A DNA stretch of 64,000 nucleotides, from the NCBI RefSeq assembly GCF_009914755.1, contig NC_060948.1; one strand, written 5' to 3'. A program made the position numbers and the translations under genes. Of this stretch, positions 1 through 15,070 are shown piece by piece (within the stretch, counting starts at the first letter, position 1; each line of letters starts with the position of its first letter). The DNA is from the human T2T-CHM13v2.0 reference genome, Homo sapiens. The notes beneath the pieces were generated by a model, which was given only the letters and a program-made list of their open reading frames with translations, was not told the DNA's origin and searched no databases.

Positions 1-280
1 TATAATATGTACTACAAATATATATATTATATATCATATATGATATAGTACCTTTGTTATATATCACAATACATATAAATGTGTATTATGTTATCTATAA
101 TTATATAATTTCATATATAAGATGTATAATATGTATCTTATATTATATAAGTTATGTAATATATATAGTATATATAAGATGACACAGGATAAATATTATA
201 TACTATGACATATAAAATATATGAGGTTATATGTTACATATAAGGCATAGCACATAACATGTAATATATATCATATATAA
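1..280. repeat. AT-rich block (3' part of the preceding unit, truncated by window edge)
   Basis: Matches the end of every other AT-rich block (…gacacaggataaat…gaggttatatg…aaggcatagcac…). Confidence 0.9.
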
Positions 281-572
281 TTTTTTTTTAGACAGAATCT
301 TGTCCTGTTGCACATGGTGGGGTACAATGGCGCCATCTTTGCTCACTGCAACTTCTGCCTCACGGGTCCAAGCGATTGTCCTCCCTCAGCCTCCCAGGTA
401 GCTGGGACTACACCACACTGGGACTACACCAGCTGCCACCATGCCTAGCTAATTTTTTGGATTTTTAGTAGTGACAGCGTTTCACTGTATTGGCCAGGAT
501 GGTCTTGATCTCTTCACCTTGTGATCCCCTTGCCTTTGCCTCCAAATTTGCTGGGATTACAGGCCTGAGCCA
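281..572 (-). mobile_element. Alu (AluY/Sc-type), 5'-truncated by ~12 nt, unit U1
   Basis: T9 tail followed by reverse-complement Alu motifs: ctcactgcaac, cctcagcctccc, gtagctgggactaca, ctaattttt…tttttagtag, ggccaggatggtcttgatct, gctgggattacaggc-tgagcca. The gggactaca and ggatggtc..gatc…ccttgtgatcc forms resemble AluY/Sc. Confidence 0.92.
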
Positions 573-1140
573 AGATCCATATTTTGTAAATGAAAAAAAA
601 TTTCAAAGGTACTCTGCTTGGTACAATAATCAAATGTATAAACTGAGGAATAAAACATAACCATGAAACCTACTTATAACTGCATATGGAAAATACAGAG
701 GATAATTTTTTAAATAACATATTTTGAAAGCCTTAACTAGTAATTTGAAGAGTTGGCATTTGAAAGGCCAGTATGAATATACCTTCAAAGCAGCAACACA
801 GGTTCCCCATGAGAAAAAGCAAACACAGGGAAAATAAAAACACAAAGGTTCAATCTCTTCTGACCTTTGAAAGACACAGCACAGACAGTGGTCCTTAGGA
901 CGAAGAGCAGGAGACCCCTAATTCCGTCACCATGGCGATAGGGCATAAACATTGCTGGGTGAGGGCACAATCCACATTGTGAGGTCCAACTGCTGCCAGG
1001 AAGACAGGAGTGCTTTTACATAGACCGAAAGGTCATTGAAGGCTCAGAGTTTTGTTTCAAGAACTGAATCCCAAGCCCACACGTTATTAGGCTGCGCTTC
1101 TTAAAACAAGTTATGAGATGGGAAAAAGGGCACCCACAAA
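573..1140. repeat. HSATI-like ~570-bp mixed-sequence segment (U1 shown; present directly after every Alu copy)
   Basis: Non-Alu, higher-complexity segment conserved in all 27 units between the Alu 5' end and the AT-rich block. The name follows the known DYZ2/HSat1B composition. Boundaries are approximate. Confidence 0.8.
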
Positions 1141-2689
1141 CATACGTATACATTATGTATAAAATAATATACAGTGTCATATATATAATATATATAACCT
1201 AGGTATAATATTGTTTTACATCCTGCATCTTATGTTATTTATATTGTATAAAATATAATAATAGATAATATATAAGTTTTATAATTATACAATATGACAT
1301 ATAGTATATATTATAATTTATGACATATAAAATATATGTTATATATCATATATAGAATATATTATACGGTTAATATACGTATTAAATATAAATTATACAT
1401 TATATATATTATATATAATATATCTGTTATATATAATACCCATTATGCATAATATATATATTATGTCTATGTTATATATAGTATAAAACAACATATAATA
1501 ATATATAATTGTATATATAAAATGCGACATATAATATATATTATATTTTATAACATATGTAATATATATTATATATAATACGTTGTATGTATAATACCTA
1601 TATTAAATATATATTATATGACTATGTTATTAATTACATGTCACATGTGTTATATATTATATATTTTACATAGAATATACCGGTTACATACAATATATAC
1701 TATGTTACCTATAATGTATAATTTATTACATGTAAAATAAAGAATGCAATATATTATGTATAATTTATAATATACAATATGTGGAATGTGATACATATAA
1801 CATATAATATATGATATATGATATACAGTACATGATATATAACATACAATATATGATTCCTAATATATATGGTATACAATATATATTTTATGATATGTAT
1901 CCTATATGTTTTATATTCTGTTATATATAACTATTTGAAATTATATATAACTGTATAATATTTTATGTAAATATGTAATATAATATATATAACTATATAA
2001 TATATTATATATAACTATATATTATGTTATATATACTTTTATAACATAATTTACATAAAATATCATAATATAATATATATTATATTATTTCATATTACAT
2101 AATATATATTACATATCACCCAATATAACTAACATACATAATATTATAATATAGATTATATTGTGTTATATTAAATATCATATATATCATGTATCATATA
2201 TTCTATAATATATATTACACATTATATAATATGTATGTTGTCTATTATGTGATATATATAACTATATATATAATTATATTTTTTACATATAACTAGATAA
2301 ACATGTAATTCTACATATTTTCATTTATAATATGTAGAATTATATAATCATATATAATTATTTATATTGTATAAAAAATTTTATCATTATATAAATTATA
2401 ATATATAAAAATTATATGTACTACAAATATATATATTATATATCATATATGATATAGTACCTTTGTTATATATCATAATACATATAAATGTGTATTATGT
2501 TATCTATAATTATATAATTTCATATATAAGATGTATAATATGTATCATATATTATATATGTTATGTAATATATATAGTATATATAAGATGACACAGGATA
2601 AATATTATATACTATGACATATAAAATATATGAGGTTATATGTTACATATAAGGCATAGCACATATCATGTAATATATATCATATATAA
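1141..2689. repeat. AT-rich low-complexity block ~1.55 kb (U1 shown; present in each unit)
   Basis: Degenerate TA/TAA/TATAA/TATGA motifs, very little G or C, copied nearly base-for-base between units. Confidence 0.92.
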
Positions 2690-2981
2690 TTTTTTTTTAG
2701 ACAGAATCTTGTCCTGTTGCACAGTTTGGGGTACAATGGCGCCATCTTTGCTCACTGCAACTTCTGCCTCACGGGTCCAAGCGATTGTCCTCCCTCAGCC
2801 TCCCAGGTAGCTGGGACTACACCACACTGGGACTACACCAGCTGCCACCATGCCTAGCTAATTTTTTGGATTTTTAGTAGTGACAGCGTTTCACTGTATT
2901 GGCCAGGATGGTCTTGATCTCTTCACCTTGTGATCCCCTTGCCTTGGCCTCCAAATTTGCTGGGATTACAGGCCTGAGCCA
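2690..2981 (-). mobile_element. Alu, unit U2 (type A)
   Basis: Copy of U1 Alu; gaatct and cttctg alleles. Confidence 0.9.
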
Positions 2982-5087
2982 AGATCCATATTTTTTAAAT
3001 GAAAAAAAATTTCAAAGGTACTCTGCTTGGTACAATAATCAAATGTATAAACTGAGGAATAAAACATAACCATGAAACCTACTTATAACTGCATATGGAA
3101 AATACAGAGGATAATTTTTTAAATAACATATTTTGAAAGCCTTAACTAGTAATTTGAAGAGTTGGCATTTGAAAGGCCAGTATGAATATACCTTCAAAGC
3201 AGCAACACAGGTTCCCCATGAGAAAAAGCAAACTCAGGGAAAATAAAAACACAAAGGTTCAATCTCTTCTGACCTTTGAAAGACACAGCACAGACAGTGG
3301 TCCTTAGGACGAAGAGCAGGAGACCCCTAATTCCGTCACCATGGCGATAGGGCATAAACATTGCTGGGTGAGGGCACAATCCACATTGAGAGGTCCAACT
3401 GCTGCCAGGAAGACAGGAGTGCTTTTACATAGACCGAAAGGTCATTGAAGGCTCAGAGTTTTGTTTCAAGAACTGAATCCCAAGCCCACACGTTATTAGG
3501 CTGCGCTTCTTAAAACAAGTTATGATATGGGAAAAAGGGCACCCACAAACATACGTATACATTATGTATATAATAATATACAGTATCATATATATAATAT
3601 ATATAACCTATGTATAATATTGTTTTACATCCTGCATCTTATATTATATATATTGTATAAAATATAATAATTCATAATACATAACGTTTATATTTATACA
3701 ATATGACATATAGTATATATTATAATTTATGACATATATAATATATGTTATATATCATATATAGAATATATTATACGGTTAATATACGTATTAAATATAA
3801 ATTATACATTATATATATTATATAAAATATATCTGTTATATATAATACCCTTTATGCATAATATATATATTATGTTATGTTATATATAGTATGAAACAAC
3901 ATATAATAATATATAATTGTATATATAAAATGCGACATATAATATATATTATATTTTATGACATATGTAATATATATTATATATTATATATAATACGTTG
4001 TATGTATAATACCTATATTAAATATATATTATATGACTATGTTATTAATTACATGTCACATATGTTATATATTATATATTTTACATAGAATATACCGGTT
4101 ACATACAATAGATACTATGTTACCTATAATGTATAATTGATTACATGTAAAATAAAGAATGCAATATATTATGTATAATTTATAATATACAATATGTGGA
4201 ATGTGATATATATAACATATAATATATGATATATGATATACATTATATGATATATAACACACAATATATGATACCTAATATATATGGTATACAATATATA
4301 TTTTATGATATGTATTCTATATGTTTTATATTCTGTTATATATAACTATTTGAAATTATATATAACTGTGTAATATTTTATGTAAATATGTAATATAATA
4401 TATATAACTATATAATATATTATATATAACTATATATTATGTTATATATACTTTTATAACATAATTTACATTAAATATCATAATATAATATATATTATAT
4501 TATTTCACATTACATAATATATATTACATATCACCCAATATAAGTAACATACATAATATTATAATATAGATTATATTATGTTATATTAAATATCATATAT
4601 ATCATGTATGATATATTCTATAATATATATTACACATTATATAATATGTATGTTGTCTATTATGTGATATATATAACTATATATATAATTATATTATTAT
4701 ACATATCACTAGATAAACATGAAATTCTACATATTTTCATTTATAATATATAGAATTATATAATCATATATAATTATTTATATTCTATAAAAAATTATAT
4801 CATTATATAAATTATAATATATAAAAATTATAATATGTACTACAAATATATATATTATATATCATATATGATTTAGTACCTTTGTTATATATCATAATAC
4901 ATATAAATGTGTATTATGTTATCTACAATTATATAATTTCATATATATAAGATATATAATATGTATTATATATTGTATATGTTATGTAATATATATAGTA
5001 TATATAAGCTGACACAGGATAAATATTATATACTATGACATATAAAATATATGAGGTTATATGTTACATATAAGGCATAGCACATAA

Positions 5088-5402
<315 letters not shown>

Positions 5403-7530
5403 AGATCCATATTTTTTAAATGAAAAAAAATTTCAAAGGTACTCTGCTTGGTACAATAATCAAATGTATAAACTGAGGAATAAAACATAACCATGAAACC
5501 TACTTATAACTGCATATGGAAAATACAGAGGATAATTTTTTAAATAACATAGTTTGAAAGCCTTAACTAGTAATTTGAAGAGTTGGCATTTGAAAGGCCA
5601 GTATGAATATACCTTCAAAGCAGCAACACAGGTTCCCCATGAGAAAAAGCAAACTCAGGGAAAATAAAACCACAAAGGTTCAATCTCTTCTGACCTTTGA
5701 AAGACACAGCACAGACAGTGGTCCTTAGGACGAAGAGCAGGAGACCCCTAATTCCGTCACCATGGCGATAGGGCATAAACATTGCTGGGTGAGGGCACAA
5801 TCCACATTGTGAGGTCCAACTGCTGCCAGGAAGACAGGAGTGCTTTTACATAGACCGAAAGGTCATTGAAGGCTCAGAGTTTTGTTTCAAGAACTGAATC
5901 CCAAGCCCACACGTTATTAGGCTGCGCTTCTTAAAACAAGTTATGAGATGGGAAAAAGGGCACCCACAAACATACGTATACATTATGTATATAATAATAT
6001 ACAGTATCATATATATAATATATATAACCTATGTATAATATTGTTTTACATCCTGCATCTTATATTATATATATTGTCTAAAATATAATAATTGATAATA
6101 TATAAGTTTTATATTTATACAATATGACATATAGTATATATTATAATTTATGACATATATAATATATGTTATATATCATATATAGAATATATTATACGGT
6201 TAATATACGTATTAAATATAAATTATACATTATATATATTATATATAATATATCTGTTATATATAATACCCATTATGCATAATATGTATATTATGTCTAT
6301 GTTATATATAGTATAAAACAACATATAATAATATATAATTGTATATATAAAATGCGACATATAATATATATTATATTTTATGACATATGTAATATATATT
6401 ATATATTATATATAATACGTTGTATGTATAATACCTATATTAAATATATATTATATGACTATGTTATTAATTACATGTCACATATGTTATATATTATATA
6501 TTTTACATAGAATATACCGGTTACATACAATATATACAATGTTACCTATAATGTATAATTGATTACATGTAAAATAAAGAATGCAATATATTATGTATAA
6601 TTTATAATATACAATATGTGGAATGTGATATATATAACATATAATATATGATATATGATATACAGTATATGATATATAACAAACAATATATGATACCTAA
6701 TATATATGGTATACAATATATACTTTATGATATGTATACTATATGTTTTATATTCTGTTATATATAACTATTTGAAATTATATATAACTGTGTAATATTT
6801 TATGTAAATATGTAATATAATATATATAACTATATAATATATTATATATAACTATATATTATGTTATATATACTTTTATAACATAATTTACATTAAATAT
6901 CATAATATAATATATATTATTTTATTTCACATTACATAATATATATTACATATCACCCAATATAAGTAACATACATAATATTATAATATAGATTATATTA
7001 TGTTATATTAAATATCATATATATCATGTATCATATATTCTATAATATATATTACACATTATATATTATGTATGTTGTCTATTTTGTGATATATAAAACT
7101 ATATATATAATTATATTATTATACATATAACTAGGTAAACATGTAATTCTACATATTTTCATTTGTAATATATAGAATTATATAATCATATATAATTATT
7201 TATATTCTATAAAAAATTATATCATTATATAAATTATAATATAAAAAAATTATAATATGTACTACAAATATATATATTATATATCATATATGATATAGTA
7301 CCTTTGTTATATATCATAATACATATAAATGTGTATTATTTTATCTATAATTATATAATTTCATATATAAGATGTATAATATGTATTATATATTGTCTAT
7401 GTTATGTAATATATATAGTATTTGTAAGCTGACACAGGATAAATATTATATACTATGACATATAAAATATATGAGGTTATATGTTACATATAAGGCATAG
7501 CACATAACATGTAATATATATCATATATAA

Positions 7531-7822
<292 letters not shown>

Positions 7823-9942
7823 AGATCCATATTTTTTAAATGAAAAAAAATTTCAAAGGTACTCTGCTTGGTACAATAATCAAATGTATAAACTGAGGAA
7901 TAAATCATAACCATGAAACCTACTTATAACTGCATATGGAAAATACAGAGGATAATTTTTTAAATAACATATTTTGAAAGCCTTAACTAGTAATTTGAAG
8001 AGTTGGCATTTGAAAGGCCAGTATGAATATACCTTCAAAGCAGCAACACAGGTTCCCCATGAGAAAAAGCAAACTCAGGGAAAATAAAACCACAAAGGTT
8101 CAATCTCTTCTGACCTTTGAAAGACACAGCACAGACAGTGGTCCTTAGGACGAAGAGCAGGAGACCCCTAATTCCGTCACCATGGCGATAGGGCATAAAC
8201 ATTGCTGGGTGAGGGCACAATCCACATTGAGAGGTCCAACTGCTGCCAGGAAGACAGGAGTGCTTTTACATAGACCGAAAGGTCATTGAAGGCTCAGAGT
8301 TTTGTTTCAAGAACTGAATCCCAAGCCCACACGTTATTAGGCTGCGCTTCTTAAAACAAGTTATGAGATGGGAAAAACGGCACCCACAAACATACGTATA
8401 CGTTATGTATATAATAATATACAGTATCATATATATAATATATATAACCTATGTATAATATTGTTTTACATCCTGCATCTTATATTATATATATTGTATA
8501 AAATATAAAATTCATAATACATAACGTTTATATTTATACAATATGACATATAGTATATATTATAATTTATGACATATATAATATATGTTATATATCATAT
8601 ATAGAATATATTATACGGTTAATATACGTATTAAATATAAATTATACATTATATATATTATATAAAATATATCTGTTATATATAATACCCTTTATGCATA
8701 ATATATATATTATGTCTATGTTATATATAGTATAAAACAACATATAATAATATATAATTGTATATATAAAATGCGACATATAATATATATTATATTTTAT
8801 GACATATGTAATATATATTATATATTATATATAATACGTTGTATGTATAATACCTATATTAAATATATATTATATGACTATGTTATTAATTACATGTCAT
8901 ATGTTATATATTATATATTTTACATAGAATATACCGGTTACATACAATAGATACTATGTTACCTATAATGTATAGTTGATTACATTTAAAATAAAGAATG
9001 CAATATATTATGTATAATTTATAATATACAATGTGTGGAATGTGATATATATAACATATAATATATGATATATGATATACAGTATATGATATATAACATA
9101 CAATATATGATACCTAATATATATGGTATACAATATGTATTTTATGATATGTATTCTATATGTTTTATAATCTGTTATATATAAATATTTGAAATTATAT
9201 ATAACTGTATATTTTATGTAAATATGTAATATAATATATATAACTATATAATATATTATATATAACTATATATTATGTTATATAAACTTTTATAACATAA
9301 TTTACATAAAATGTCATAATATAATATATATTATATTATTTCACATTACATAATATATATTACATATCACCCAATATAAGTAACATACATAATATTATAA
9401 TATAGATTATATTATGTTATATTAAATATCATATATATCATGTATCATATATTCTATAATATATATTACACATTATATAACATTTATGTTGTCTATTATG
9501 TGATATATATAACTATATATAATTATATTATTATACATATAACTAGATACACATGTAATTCTACATATTTTCATTTATAATATATAGAATTATATAATCA
9601 TATATAATTATTTATATTCTATAAAAAATTATATCTTTATATAAATTATAATATTAAAAAATTATAATATGTACTACAAATATATATATTATATATCATA
9701 TATGATATAGTACCTTTGTTATATATCATAATACATATAAATGTGTATTATGTTATCTATAATTATATAATTTCATATATAAGATGTATAATATGTATTA
9801 TATATTGTATATGTTATGTAATATATATAGTATATATAAGCTGACACAGGATAAATATTATATACTATGACATATAAAATATATGAGGTTATATGTTACA
9901 TATAAGGCATAGCACATAACATGTAATATATATCATATATAA

Positions 9943-10234
9943 TTTTTTTTTAGACAGAGACTTGTCGTGCTGCACAGGGTGAAGTACAATGGCGCCATCT
10001 TTGCTCACTGCAACATCTGCCTCTCGGGTCCAAGCGATTGTCCTCCCTCAACCTCTCAGGTAGCTGGGACTACACCACACTGGGAGTACACCAGCTGCCA
10101 CCATGCCTAGCTAATTTTTTGGATTTTTAGTAGTGACAGCGTTTCACTGTATTGGCCAGGATGGTCTTGATCTCTTCACCTTGTGATCCCCTTGCCTTGG
10201 CCTCCAAATTTGCTGGGATTACAGGCCTGAGCCA
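9943..10234 (-). mobile_element. Alu, unit U5 (type B)
   Basis: Same Alu motifs with several private substitutions. Confidence 0.9.
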
Positions 10235-12329
10235 AGATCCATATTTTTTAAATGAAAAAAAATTTCAAAGGTACTCTGCTTGGTACAATAATCAAATGTA
10301 TAAACTGAGGAATAAAACATAACCATGAAACCTACTTATAACTGCATATGGAAAATACAGAGGATAATTTTTTAAATAACATATTTTGAAAGCCTTAACT
10401 AGTAATTTGAAGAGTTGGCATTTGAAAGGCCAGTATGAATATACCTTCAAAGCAGCAACACAGGTTCCCCATGAGAAACAGGAAACTCAGGGAAAATAAA
10501 ACCACAAAGGTTCAAGCTCTTCTGACCTTTGAAAGACACAGCACAGACAGTGGTCCTTAGGACGAAGAGCAGGAGACCCCTAATTCCGTCACCATGGCGA
10601 TAGGGCATAAACATTGCTGGGTGAGGGCACAATCCACATTGTGAGGTCCAACTGCTGCCAGGAAGACAGGAGTGCTTTTACATAGACCGAAAGGTCATTG
10701 AAGGCTCAGAGTTTTGTTTCAAGAACTGAATCCCAAGCCCACACGTTATTAGGCTGCGCTTCTTAAAACAAGTTATGAGATGGGAAAAAGGGCACCCACA
10801 AACATACGTATACATTATGTATATAATAATATACAGTATCATATATATAATATATATAACCTATGTATAATATTGTTTTACATCCTGCATCTTATATTAT
10901 ATATATTGTCTAAAATATAATAATTGATAATATATAAGTTTTATATTTATACAATATGACATATAGTATATATTATAATTTATGACATATATAATATATG
11001 TTATATATCATATATAGAATATATTATACGGTTAATATACGTATTAAATATAAATTATACATTATATATATTATATATAATATATCTGTTATATATAATA
11101 CCCATTATGCATAATATGTATATTATGTCTATGTTATATATAGTATAAAACAACATATAATAATATATAATTGTATATATAAAATGCGACATATAATATA
11201 TATTATATTTTATGACATATGTAATATATATTATATATTATATATAATATGTTGTGTGTATAATACCTATATTAAATATATATTATATGACTATGTTATT
11301 AATTACCTGTCACATGTGTTATATATTATATATTTTACATAGAATATACCGGTTACATACAATATATACTATGTTACCTATAATGTATAATTGATTACAT
11401 GTAAAATAAAGAATGCAATATATTATGTATAATTTATAATATACAATTTGTGGAATGTGATATATATAACATATAATATATGATATATGATATACAGTAT
11501 ATGATATATAACATACAATATATGATACCTAGTATATATGGTATACAATATATATTTTATGATATGTATTCTATATGTTTTATATTCTGTTATATATAAC
11601 TATTTGAAATTATATATAACTGTATAATATTTTATGTAAATATGTAATATAATATATATAACTATATAATATATTATATATAACTATATATTATGTTATA
11701 TATACTTTTATATCATAATTTACATAAAATGTCATAATATAATATATATTATATTATTTCATATTACATAATATGTATTACATATCACCCAATATAAGTA
11801 ACATACATAATATTATAATATAGATTATATTATGTTATGTTAAATATCATATATATCATGTATCATATATTCTATAATATATATTATACATTATATAATA
11901 TGTATGTTGTCTATTATGTGATATATATAACTATATATTATTATATTATTATACATATAACTAGATAAACATGTAATTCTACATATTTTCATTTATAATA
12001 TATAGAATTATATAATCATATATAATTATTTATATTCTATAAAAAATTATATCATATATAAATTATAATATAAAAAAATTATAATATGTACTACAAATAT
12101 ATATATTATATATCATATATGATATAGTACCTTTGTTATATATCATAATACATATAAATGTGTATTATGTTATCTATAATTATATAATTTCATATATAAG
12201 ATGTATAATATGTATTATATATTGTATATGTTATGTAATATATATAGTATATATAAGCTGACACAGGATAAATATTATATACTATGACATATAAAATATA
12301 TGAGGTTATATGTTACATATAAGGCATAG

Positions 12330-12650
<321 letters not shown>

Positions 12651-14755
12651 AGATCCATATTTTTTAAATGAAAAAAAATTTCAAAGGTACTCTGCTTGGT
12701 ACAATAATCAAATGTATAAACTGAGGAATAAAACATAACCATGAAACCTACTTATAAATGCATATGGAAAATACAGAGGATAATTTTTTAAATAACATAT
12801 TTTGAAAGCCTTAACTAGTAATTTGAAGAGTTGGCATTTGTAAGGCCAGTATGAATATACCTTCAAAGCAGCAACACAGGTTCCCCATGAGAAAAAGCAA
12901 ACTCAGGGAAAATAAAACCACAAAGGTTCAATCTCTTCTGACCTTTGAAAGACACAGCACAGACAGTGGTCCTTAGGACGAAGAGCAGGAGACCCCTAGT
13001 TCCGTCACCATGGCGATAGGGCATAAACATTGCTGGGTGAGGGCACAATCCACATTGTGAGGTCCAACTGCTGCCAGGAAGACAGGAGTGCTTTTACATA
13101 GACCGAAAGGTCATTGAAGGCTCAGAGTTTTGTTTCAAGAACTGAATCCCAAGCCCACACGTTATTAGGCTGCGCTTCTTAAAACAAGTTATGAGATGGG
13201 AAAAAGGGCACCCACAAACATACGTATACATTATGTATATAATAATATACATTATCATATATAAAATATGTATAAACTATGTATAATATTGTTTTACATC
13301 CTGCATCTTATATTATATATATTGTATAAAATATAATAATTGATAATATATAAGTTTTATATTTATACAATATGACATATAGTATATATTATACTTTATG
13401 ACATATATAATATATGTTATATATCATATATAGAATATATTATACGGTTAATATACGTATTAAATATAAATTATACATTATATATATTATATAAAATATA
13501 TCTGTTATATATAATACCCATTATGCATAATATATATATTATGTCTATGTTATATATAGTATAAAACAACATATAATAATATATAATTGTATATATAAAA
13601 TGCGACATATAATATATATTATATTTTATGACATATGTAATATATATTATATATTATATATAATACGTTGTATGTATAATACCTATATTAAATATATATT
13701 ATATGACTATGTTATTAATTACATGTCACATATGTTATATATTATATATTTTACATAGAATATATCGGTTACATACAATATATACTATGTTACCTATAAT
13801 GTATAATTTATTACATGTAAAATAAAGAATGCAATATATTATGTATAATTTATAATATACAATATGTGGAATGTGATATATATAACATATAATATATGAT
13901 ATATGATATACAGTATATGATATATAACATACAATATATGATTCCTAATATATATGGTATACAATATATATTTTATGATATGTATTCTATATGTTTTATA
14001 TTCTGTTATATATAACTATTTGAAATTATATATAACTGTATAATATTTTATGTAAATATGTAATATAATATATATAACTATATAATATATTATATATAAC
14101 TATATATTATGTTATATATACTTTTATAACATAATTTACATAAAATATCATAACATAATATATATTATATTATTTCATATTACATAATATATATTACATA
14201 TCACCCAATATAACTAACATACATAATATTATAATATAGATTATATTATGTTATATTAAATATGATATATATCATGTATCATATATTCTATAATATATAT
14301 TACACATTATATAATATGTATGTTGTCTATTATGTGATATATATAACTATATATATAATTATATTTTTATACATATAACTAGATAAACATGTAATTCTAC
14401 ATATTTTCATTTATAATATGTAGAATTATATAATCATATATAATTATTTATATTCTATAAAAAATTTTATCATTATATAAATTATAATATATAAAAATTA
14501 TAATATGTACTACAAATATATATATTATATATCATATATGCTATAGTACCTTTGTTATATATCATAATACATATAAATGTGTATTATGTTATCTATAATT
14601 ATATAATTTCATATATAAGTTGTATAATATGTATCATATATTATATATGTTATGTAATATATATAGTATATATAAGATGACACAGGATAAATATTATATA
14701 CTATGACATATAAAATATATGAGGTTATATGTTACATATAAGGCATAGCACATAA

Positions 14756-15070
<315 letters not shown>

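Noticed and set aside
281-572. 7SL/SRP ncRNA gene or 27 independent Alu insertions
   Set aside because: It is a dimeric, truncated, decayed Alu with identical flanks in every copy and no individual target-site duplications.
648-654. AATAAA and TATA-like motifs as poly(A) or promoter signals
   Set aside because: Expected by chance in such AT-rich sequence, with no associated gene structure.
630-845. Overlapping 71-aa ORF (MCFYFPCV…)
   Set aside because: Broken by a TGA in all units carrying the aaacTc allele. Its composition reflects AT-rich DNA.
785-970. 61-aa minus-strand ORF (MCPHPAMF…) open in all 27 units
   Set aside because: No recognisable domain. Copies are so similar that 186 bp staying open is expected, and most variants seen are amino-acid changing. 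There is no sign of purifying selection; only Ribo-seq or proteomics could rescue it.
3891-4262. Tyr/Ile-rich ORFs in AT blocks (also 15760, 20594, 30022, 32435)
   Set aside because: Translations of TA-rich low-complexity DNA, opened by single sporadic substitutions.
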